A stretch of 64,000 nucleotides of DNA from the human T2T-CHM13v2.0 reference genome, Homo sapiens. The notes beneath the pieces were generated by a model. It had not been told where the DNA came from and did not search any database. It saw nothing but the letters and a program-made list of their open reading frames with translations. A program made the translations under genes and the position numbers. This document shows, one piece after another, positions 54,001 through 64,000 of this stretch; position 1 is the first letter of the stretch; each line of letters begins with the position of its first letter. The DNA lies in assembly GCF_009914755.1 (NCBI RefSeq), contig NC_060946.1, one strand, 5' to 3'.

Positions 54001-57000
54001 ACGAAATCCTGAAATCTATCCAAATATCCCCTCGCAGATTCTACAAAAAGAGTGTTTCAAAACTGCTCTGTAAAAAGAAAGGTTCAACTCTGTTAGTTGA
54101 GTATACACATCACAAACAAGTTTCACAGAATGCTTCTTTCTAGCTTGTAGGGGAAGATATTCCCTTTATCACCATGGGCCTCCAACCGTCCGAAACGTCC
54201 ACTTCCATATACTACCAAAAGAGCGTTTCAAACCTGCTCTAGGAAAGACAATGTTCAACTCTGTGACTTGAATGCAAACATCACAGAGCAGTTTCTGAGA
54301 ATGCTTCTGTCTAGATTTTATAGGAAGATATTCCCGTTTCCAACGAAATCTTCACAGCTATCCAAATATCCACTTGCAGATTCTACAAAAAGAGTGTATC
54401 AAAACTGCTCTGTCAAAAGGAAGGTTCTTCTCTGTTAGGTGAGTGCATACGTCATAAAGGAGTTTCTGAGAATGTTTCTGTCTAGTGGTTATGGGAAGAT
54501 ATTTGCTTTTTCACCGTAGGCCTCAGAGCGCTCCAAATATCCACTTGCACATACTACAAAAAGAGTGCCTCAAAGCTGCTCTCTGAAACGGAATGTTCAA
54601 CTCTATGAGTTGAATGCAAACATCACAAAGACGTTTCTGAGAATGCTTCTGTCTAGATTTGATATGAAGATATTCCCGTTTCCAACGAAATCTTCAAATC
54701 TATCCAAATGTCCACTTGCATAATCAACAAAAAGTGTTTTTCAGAACTGCTCTATCAAAAGAAAGATCCACCTCTGTTAGCTGAGTTCACACATCACAAA
54801 CAAGTTTATGAGAATGCTTCTGTCTAGTTTTTATTTGAAGATATTTCCTTTCTCACCATAGACCTGAAAGCTGTCCTAATGTTCACTTCCAGATACTACA
54901 GAAAGAGTGTTTAAAAACTGCTGTACGAAAGGGAATGTTCAACTCTGTGACTTGAATGCACACATCACAAAGAAGTTTCTGAGGATGCTGCTGTCTACTT
55001 TTTATACGTAATCCCGTTTCCAACGAAATCCTCCAAGCTATCCAAATATCCACTTGCAGATTCCACAGAAAGACTGTTTCAAAACTGCTCTGTCAATAGA
55101 AAGGTTCAACTCTGTTAGCTGCGTGCATATATCCCAAAGAAGATTCTGAGATTGCTTCTGTCTAGTTTTTATGGGAAGATATTTCCCTTTTCACCGTAGG
55201 CGTCAAGGCGCTCCAAATGTCCACTTCCAGATACTACAAAAAGAGTGTTTCAAACCTACTCTGTGAAAGGGAATATTCAACTCTGTGACTTGAATGCACA
55301 TATCACAAAGAAGTTTCTGAGAATGCTTCTGTCGAGATTTTATATGAAGATGTTCCCGTTTCCAACGAAATCCTGAAATCTATCCAAATATCACCTCGCA
55401 GATTCTACAAAAAGAGTGTTTCAAAACTGCTCTGTAAAAAGAAAGTTTCAACTCTGTTACTTGAGTACACACATCACAAACAAGTTTCACAGAATGCTTC
55501 TTTCTAGCTTGTAGGGGAAGATGTTCCCTTTATCACCATGGTCCTCAAACCGTCCGAAACGTCCACTTCCATATACTACAAAAAGAGCGTTTCAAACCTG
55601 CTCTATGAAAGGCAATGTTCAACTCTGTGACTTGAATGCAGACATCACAGAGCAGTTTCTGAGAATGCTTCTGTCTAGATTTTATAGGAAGATATTCCCG
55701 TTTCCAACGAAATCTTCACAGCTATCCAAATATCCACTTGCAGATTCTACAAAAAGAGTGTATCAAAACTGCTCTGTCAAAAGGAAGGTTCTTCTCTGTT
55801 AGGTGAGTGCATACGTCATAAAGGAGTTTCTGAGAATGTTTCTGTCTAGTGGTTATGGGAAGATATTTGCTTTTTCACCGTAGGCCTCAGAGCGCTCCAA
55901 ATATCCACTTGCACATACTACAAAAAGAGTGCCTCAAAGCTGCTCTCTGAAACGGAATGTTCAACTCTATGAGTTGAATGCAAACATCACAAAGACGTTT
56001 CTGAGAATGCTTCTGTCTAGATTTGATATGAAGATATTCCCGTTTCCAACGAAATCTTCAAATCTATCCAAATGTCCACTTGCATAATCAACAAAAAGTG
56101 TTTTTCAGAACTGCTGTATCAAAAGAAAGATCCACGTCTGTTAGCTGAGTTCACACATCACAAACAAGTTTATGAGAATGCTTCTGTCTAGTTTTTATTT
56201 GAAGATATTTCCTTTCTCACCATAGACCTGAAAGCTGTCCTAATGTTCACTTCCAGATACTACAGAAAGAGTGTTTCAAAACTGCTGTACGAAAGGGAAT
56301 TTTCAACTCTGTGACTTGAATGCACACATCACAAAGAAGTTTCTGAGGATGCTGCTGTCTACTTTTTATACGTAATCCCGTTTCCAACGAAATCCTCCAA
56401 GCTATCCAAATATCCACTTGCAGATTCCACAGAAAGACTGTTTCAAAACTGCTCTGTCAATAGAAAGGTTCAACTCTGTTAGCTGCGTGCATATATCCCA
56501 AAGAAGATTCTGAGATTGCTTCTGTCTAGTTTTTATGGGAAGATATTTCCCTTTTCACCGTAGGCGTCAAGGCGCTCCAAATGTCCACTTCCAGATACTA
56601 CAAAAAGAGTGTTTCAAACCTACTCTGTGAAAGGGAATATTCAACTCTGTGACTTGAATGCACATATCACAAAGAAGTTTCTGAGAATGCTTCTGTCGAG
56701 ATTTTATATGAAGATATTCCCGTTTCCAACGAAATCCTGAAATCTATCCAAATATCCCCTCGCAGATTCTACAAAAAGAGTGTTTCAAAACTGCTCTGTA
56801 AAAAGAAAGGTTCAACTCTGTTAGTTGAGTACACACATCACAAACAAGTTTCACAGAATGCTTCTTTCTAGCTTGTAGGGGAAGATATTCCCTTTATCAC
56901 CATGGTCCTCAAACCGTCCGAAACGTCCACTTCCATATACTACCAAAAGAGCGTTTCAAACCTGCTCTAGGAAAGGCAATGTTCAACTCTGTGACTTGAA

Positions 57001-60000
57001 TGCAGACATCACAGAACAGTTTCTGAGAATGCTTCTGTCTAGATTTTATAGGAAGATATTCCCGTTTCCAACGAAATCTTCACAGCTATCCAAATATCCA
57101 CTTGCAGATTCTACAAAAAGAGTGTATCAAAACTGCTCTGTCAAAAGGAAGGTTCTTCTCTGTTAGGTGAGTGCATACGTCATAAAGGAGTTTCTGAGAA
57201 TGTTTCTGTCTAGTGGTTATGGGAAGATATTTGCTTTTTCACCGTAGGCCTCAGAGCGCTCCAAATATCCACTTGCACATACTACAAAAAGAGTGCCTCA
57301 AAGCTGCTCTCTGAAACGGAATGTTCAACTCTATGAGTTGAATGCAAACATCACAAAGACGTTTCTGAGAATGCTTCTGTCTAGATTTGATATGAAGATA
57401 TTCCCGTTTCCAACGAAATCTTCAAATCTATCCAAATGTCCACTTGCAGATTCAACAAAAAGTGTTTTTCAGAACTGCTCTATCAAAAGAAAGATCCACC
57501 TCTGTTAGCTGAGTTCACACATCACAAACAAGTTTATGAGAATGCTTCTGTCTAGTTTTTATTTGAAGATATTTCCTTTCTCACCATAGACCTGAAAGCT
57601 GTCCTAATGTTCACTTCCAGATACTACAGAAAGAGTGTTTCAAAACTGCTGTACGAAAGGGAATGTTCAACTCTGTGACTTGAATGCACACATCACAAAG
57701 AAGTTTCTGAGGATGCTGCTGTCTACTTTTTATACGTAATCCCGTTTCCAACGAAATCCTCCAAGCTATCCAAATATCCACTTGCAGATTCCACAGAAAG
57801 ACTGTTTCAAAACTGCTCTGTCAATAGAAAGGTTCAACTCTGTTAGCTGCGTGCATATATCCCAAAGAAGATTCTGAGATTGCTTCTGTCTAGTTTTTAT
57901 GGGAAGATATTTCCCTTTTCACCGTAGGCGTCAAGGCGCTCCAAATGTCCACTTCCAGATACTACAAAAAGAGTGTTTCAAACCTACTCTGTGAAAGCGA
58001 ATATTCAACTCTGTGACTTTAATGCACATATCACAAAGAAGTTTCTGAGAATGCTTCTGTCGAGATTTTATATGAAGATATTCCCGTTTCCAACGAAATC
58101 CTGAAATCTATCCAAATATCCCCTCGCAGATTCTACAAAAAGAGTGTTTCAAAACTGCTCTGTAAAAAGAAAGGTTCAACTCTGTTAGTTGAGTACACAC
58201 ATCACAAACAAGTTTCACAGAATGCTTCTTTCTAGCTTGTAGGGGAAGATATTCCCTTTATCACCATGGGCCTCCAACCGTCCGAAACGTCCACTTCCAT
58301 ATACTACCAAAAGAGCGTTTCAAACCTGCTCTAGGAAAGGCAATGTTCAACTCTGTGACTTGAATGCAGACATCACAGAGCAGTTTCTGAGAATGCTTCT
58401 GTCTAGATTTTATAGGAAGATATTCCCGTTTCCAACGAAATCTTCACAGCTATCCAAATATCCACTTGCAGATTCTACAAAAAGAGTGTATCAAAACTGC
58501 TCTGTCAAAAGGAAGGTTCTTCTCTGTTAGGTGAGTGCATACGTCATAAAGGAGTTTCTGAGAATGTTTCTGTCTAGTGGTTATGGGAAGATATTTGCTT
58601 TTTCACCGTAGGCCTCAGAGCGCTCCAAATATCCACTTGCACATACTACAAAAAGAGTGCCTCAAAGCTGCTCTCTGAAACGGAATGTTCAACTCTATGA
58701 GTTGAATGCAAACATCACAAAGACGTTTCTGAGAATGCTTCTGTCTAGATTTGATATGAAGATATTCCCGTTTCCAACGAAATCTTCAAATCTATCCAAA
58801 TGTCCACTTGCATAATCAACAAAAAGTGTTTTTCAGAACTGCTCTATCAAAAGAAAGATCCACCTCTGTTAGCTGAGTTCACACATCACAAACAAGTTTA
58901 TGAGAATGCTTCTGTCTAGTTTTTATTTGAAGATATTTCCTTTCTCACCATAGACCTGAAAGCTGTCCTAATGTTCACTTCCAGATACTACAGAAAGAGT
59001 GTTTCAAAACTGCTGTACGAAAGGGAATGTTCAACTCTGTGACTTGAATGCACACATCACAAAGAAGTTTCTGAGGATGCTGCTGTCTACTTTTTATACG
59101 TAATCCCGTTTCCAACGAAATCCTCCAAGCTATCCAAATATCCACTTGCAGATTCCACAGAAAGACTGTTTCAAAACTGCTCTGTCAATAGAAAGGTTCA
59201 ACTCTGTTAGCTGCGTGCATATATCCCAAAGAAGATTCTGAGATTGCTTCTGTCTAGTTTTTATGGGAAGATATTTCCCTTTTCACCGTAGGCGTCAAGG
59301 CGCACCAAATGTCCACTTCCAGATACTACAAAAAGAGTGTTTCAAACCTACTCTGTGAAAGCGAATATTCAACTCTGTGACTTGAATGCACATATCACAA
59401 AGAAGTTTCTGAGAATGCTTCTGTGGAGATTTTATATGAAGATATTCCCGTTTCCAAAGAAATCCTGAAATCTATCCAAATATCCCCTCGCAGATTCTAC
59501 AAAAAGAGTGTTTCAAAACTGCTCTGTAAAAAGAAAGGTTCAACTCTGTTAGTTGAGTACACACATCACAAACAAGTTTCACAGAATGCTTCTTTCTAGC
59601 TTGTAGGGGAAGATATTCCCTTTATCACCATGGGCCTCCAACCGTCCGAAACGTCCACTTCCATATACTACCAAAAGAGCGTTTCAAACCTGCTCTAGGA
59701 AAGGCAATGTTCAACTCTGTGACTTGAATGCAAACATCACAGAGCAGTTTCTGAGAATGCTTCTGTCTAGATTTTATAGGAAGATATTCCCGTTTCCAAC
59801 GAAATCTTCACAGCTATCCAAATATCCACTTGCAGATTCTACAAAAAGAGTGTATCAAAACTGCTCTGTCAAAAGGAAGGTTCTTCTCTGTTAGGTGAGT
59901 GCATACGTCATAAAGGAGTTTCTGAGAATGTTTCTGTCTAGTGGTTATGGGAAGATATTTGCTTTTTCACCGTAGGCCTCAGAGCGCTCCAAATATCCAC

Positions 60001-63000
60001 TTGCACATACTACAAAAAGAGTGCCTCAAAGCTGCTCTCTGAAACGGAATGTTCAACTCTATGAGTTGAATGCAAACATCACAAAGACGTTTCTGAGAAT
60101 GCTTCTGTCTAGATTTGATATGAAGATATTCCCGTTTCCAACGAAATCTTCAAATCTATCCAAATGTCCACTTGCAGATTCAACAAAAAGTGTTTTTCAG
60201 AACTGCTCTATCAAAAGAAAGATCCACCTCTGTTAGCTGAGTTCACACATCACAAACAAGTTTATGAGAATGCTTCTGTCTAGTTTTTATTTGAAGATAT
60301 TTCCTTTCTCACCATAGACCTGAAAGCTGTCCTAATGTTCACTTCCAGATACTACAGAAAGAGTGTTTCAAAACTGCTGTACGAAAGGGAATGTTCAACT
60401 CTGTGACTTGAATGCACACATCACAAAGAAGTTTCTGAGGATGCTGCTGTCTACTTTTTATACGTAATCCCGTTTCCAACGAAATCCTCCAAGCTATCCA
60501 AATATCCACTTGCAGATTCCACAGAAAGACTGTTTCAAAACTGCTCTGTCAATAGAAAGGTTCAACTCTGTTAGCTGCGTGCATATATCCCAAAGAAGAT
60601 TCTGAGATTGCTTCTGTCTAGTTTTTATGGGAAGATATTTCCCTTTTCACCGTAGGCGTCAAGGCGCTCCAAATGTCCACTTCCAGATACTACAAAAAGA
60701 GTGTTTCAAACCTACTCTGTGAAAGGGAATATTCAACTCTGTGACTTGAATGCACATATCACAAAGAAGTTTCTGAGAATGCTTCTGTCGAGATTTTATA
60801 TGAAGATGTTCCCGTTTCCAACGAAATCCTGAAATCTATCCAAATATCACCTCGCAGATTCTACAAAAAGAGTGTTTCAAAACTGCTCTGTAAAAAGAAA
60901 GTTTCAACTCTGTTACTTGAGTACACACATCACAAACAAGTTTCACAGAATGCTTCTTTCTAGCTTGTAGGGGAAGATATTCCCTTTATCACCATGGTCC
61001 TCAAACCGTCCGAAACGTCCACTTCCATATACTACAAAAAGAGCGTTTCAAACCTGCTCTATGAAAGGCAATGTTCAACTCTGTGACTTGAATGCAGACA
61101 TCACAGAGCAGTTTCTGAGAATGCTTCTGTCTAGATTTTATAGGAAGATATTCCCGTTTCCAACGAAATCTTCACAGCTATCCAAATATCCACTTGCAGA
61201 TTCTACAAAAAGAGTGTATCAAAACTGCTCTGTCAAAAGGAAGGTTCTTCTCTGTTAGGTGAGTGCATACGTCATAAAGGAGTTTCTGAGAATGTTTCTG
61301 TCTAGTGGTTATGGGAAGATATTTGCTTTTTCACCGTAGGCCTCAGAGCGCTCCAAATATCCACTTGCACATACTACAAAAAGAGTGCCTAAAAAGCTGC
61401 TCTCTGAAACGGAATGTTCAACTCTATGAGTTGAATGCAAACATCACAAAGACGTTTCTGAGAATGCTTCTGTCTAGATTTGATATGAAGATATTCCCGT
61501 TTCCAACGAAATCTTCAAATCTATCCAAATGTCCACTTGCATAATCAACAAAAAGTGTTTTTCACAACTGCTCTATCAAAAGAAAGATCCACCTCTGTTA
61601 GCTGAGTTCACACATCACAAACAAGTTTATGAGAATGCTTCTGTCTAGTTTTTATTTGAAGATATTTCCTTTCTCACCATAGACCTGAAAGCTGTCCTAA
61701 TGTTCACTTCCAGATACTACAGAAAGAGTGTTTCAAAACTGCTGTACGAAAGGGAATGTTCAACTCTGTGACTTGAATGCACACATCACAAAGAAGTTTC
61801 TGAGGATGCTGCTGTCTACTTTTTATACGTAATCCCGTTTCCAACGAAATCCTCCAAGCTATCCAAACATCCACTTGCAGATTCCACAGAAAGACTGTTT
61901 CAAAACTGCTCTGTCAATAGAAAGGTTCAACTCTGTTAGCTGCGTGCATATATCCCAAAGAAGATTCTGAGATTGCTTCTGTCTAGTTTTTATGGGAAGA
62001 TATTTCCCTTTTCACCGTAGGCGTCAAGGCGCTCCAAATGTCCACTTCCAGATACTACAAAAAGAGTGTTTCAAACCTACTCTGTGAAAGCGAATATTCA
62101 ACTCTGTGACTTGAATGCACATATCACAAAGAAGTTTCTGAGAATGCTTCTGTCGAGATTTTATATGAAGATATTCCCGTTTCCAACGAAATCCTGAAAT
62201 CTATCCAAATATCCCCTCGCAGATTCTACAAAAAGAGTGTTTCAAAACTGCTCTGTAAAAAGAAAGGTTCAACTCTGTTAGTTGAGTACACACATCACAA
62301 ACAAGTTTCACAGAATGCTTCTTTCTAGCTTGTAGGGGAAGATATTCCCTTTATCACCATGGGCCTCCAACCGTCCGAAACGTCCACTTCCATATACTAC
62401 AAAAAGAGCGTTTCAAACCTGCTCTAGGAAAGGCAATGTTCAACTCTGTGACTTGAATGCAGACATCACAGAGCAGTTTCTGAGAATGCTTCTGTCTAGA
62501 TTTTATAGGAAGATATTCCCGTTTCCAACGAAATCTTCACAGCTATCCAAATATCCACTTGCAGATTCTACAAAAAGAGTGTATCAAAACTGCTCTGTCA
62601 AAAGGAAGGTTCTTCTCTGTTAGGTGAGTGCATACGTCATAAAGGAGTTTCTGAGAATGTTTCTGTCTAGTGGTTATGGGAAGATATTTGCTTTTTCACC
62701 GTAGGCCTCAGAGCGCTCCAAATATCCACTTGCACATACTACAAAAAGAGTGCCTCAAAGCTGCTCTTTGAAACGGAATGTTCAACTCTATGAGTTGAAT
62801 GCAAACATCACAAAGACGTTTCTGAGAATGCTTCTGTCTAGATTTGATATGAAGATATTCCCGTTTCCAACGAAATCTTCAAATCTATCCAAATGTCCAC
62901 TTGCAGATTCAACAAAAAGTGTTTTTCAGAACTGCTCTATCAAAAGAAAGATCCACCTCTGTTAGCTGAGTTCACACATCACAAACAAGTTTATGAGAAT

Positions 63001-64000
63001 GCTTCTGTCTAGTTTTTATTTGAAGATATTTCCTTTCTCACCATAGACCTGAAAGCTGTCCTAATGTTCACTTCCAGATACTACAGAAAGAGTGTTTCAA
63101 AACTGCTGTATGAAAGGGAATGTTCAACTCTGTGACTTGAATGCACACATCACAAAGAAGTTTCTGAGGATGCTGCTGTCTACTTTTTATATGTAATCCC
63201 GTTTCCAACGAAATCCTCCAAGCTATCCAAATATCCACTTGCAGATTCCACAGAAAGACTGTTTCAAAACTGCTCTGTCAATAGAAAGGTTCAACTCTGT
63301 TAGCTGCGTGCATATATCCCAAAGAAGATTCTGAGATTGCTTCTGTCTAGTTTTTATGGGAAGATATTTCCCTTTTCACCGTAGGCGTCAAGGCGCTCCA
63401 AATGTCCACTTCCAGATACTACAAAAAGAGTGTTTCAAACCTACTCTGTGAAAGGGAATATTCAACTCTGTGACTTGAATGCACATATCACAAAGAAGTT
63501 TCTGATAATGCTTCTGTCGAGATTTTATATGAAGATATTCCCGTTTCCAACGAAATCCTGAAATCTATCCAAATATCCCCTCGCAGATTCTACAAAAAGA
63601 GTGTTTCAAAACTGCTCTGTAAAAAGAAAGGTTCAACTCTGTTACTTGAGTACACACATCACAAACAAGTTTCACAGAATGCTTCTTTCTAGCTTGTAGG
63701 GGAAGATATTCCCTTTATCACCATGGGCCTCCAACCGTCCGAAACATCCACTTCCATATACTACAAAAAGAGCGTTTCAAACCTGCTCTATGAAAGGCAA
63801 TGTTCAACTCTGTGACTTGAAAGCAGACATCACAGAGCAGTTTCTGAGAATGCTTCTGTCTAGATTTTATAGGAAGATATTCCCGTTTCCAACGAAATCT
63901 TCACATCTATCCAAATATCCACTTGCAGATTCTTCAAAAAGAGTGTATCAAAACTGCTCTGTCAAAAGGAAGGTTCTTCTCTGTTAGGTGAGTGCATAGG

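Larger units (their letters stand above)
1..64000 (-). repeat. Alpha satellite higher-order repeat array: 8-mer HOR, 1,364-bp unit, about 47 copies (about 375 monomers), single orientation
   Basis: 171-bp periodicity with typical alphoid motifs (gttcaactctgtgacttgaatgca, gtttctgagaatgcttctgtctag). Near-identical recurrence every 1,364 bp (equivalent ORF starts at 1375, 2739, 5465, 6829, 8193 and onward). The CENP-B box TTTCGTTGGAAACGGGA reads on the minus strand throughout. Confidence 0.99.
1..64000 (-). repeat. Probable identity: human SF2 live centromeric array of chromosome 14 or 22 (D14Z9/D22Z1, S2C14/22H1L)
   Basis: Dimeric A/B alternation, 8-mer length of 1,364 bp, one shortened monomer (ctactttttatacgtaatcccg) and very high homogeneity between HORs. 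Assigned from recalled descriptions of human HORs, not from an alignment. Chromosome 14 versus 22 cannot be separated by eye, and other SF2 arrays are not formally excluded. Confidence 0.78.

Noticed and set aside
1375-63987. Dozens of near-identical 65-93 aa ORFs (MPQSCSLKR..., MKGNVQLC..., MGYMHAAN...)
   Set aside because: They are translations of alpha satellite monomers. Many start at GTG or TTG, they appear or vanish with single SNVs, and they have no recognisable domain or gene structure.
1-64000. CRISPR-like appearance of a regularly spaced, conserved 17-bp motif
   Set aside because: The motif is the CENP-B box. The intervening sequence is itself repeated, with no unique spacers and no cas genes.
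1-64000. Possible L1/Alu insertion, inversion or non-alphoid island
   Set aside because: HOR phase is continuous across the window apart from three small indel types, and every CENP-B box is on the same strand.
1-64000. Calling this the kinetochore site (CENP-A domain or centromere dip region)
   Set aside because: High homogeneity and dense CENP-B boxes fit a live array, but kinetochore position is epigenetic and cannot be read from sequence.
63991-64000. Terminal agtgcataGg differs from the consensus agtgcatacg
   Set aside because: It is a single base at the window edge, with no context to tell a SNV from a junction.

Overview
The whole 64 kb window is primate (human-type) centromeric alpha satellite, with no genes, RNA genes, transposon insertions or inversions that I can support. 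It is an uninterrupted array of about 47 copies of a 1,364-bp, 8-monomer higher-order repeat (HOR; 7 x 171 bp + 1 x 167 bp). The CENP-B box reads on the minus strand, and CENP-B-box monomers alternate with pJalpha/A-box monomers, as in a dimeric suprachromosomal family. An 8-mer of this size best fits the SF2 live array shared by chromosomes 14 and 22 (D14Z9/D22Z1); this is recalled knowledge and was not verified by a search. All listed ORFs are by-products of the repeat. The information lies in the pattern of HOR variants. These show a very recent 25,913-bp (19-HOR) tandem duplication, older nested 3-, 4-, 7- and 11-HOR periodicities, a ~1.2-kb strongly diverged HOR-haplotype patch, apparent short conversion tracts, and a few mutated CENP-B boxes. 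I found no new gene system. The findings concern array evolution, and all variant counts were made by eye.
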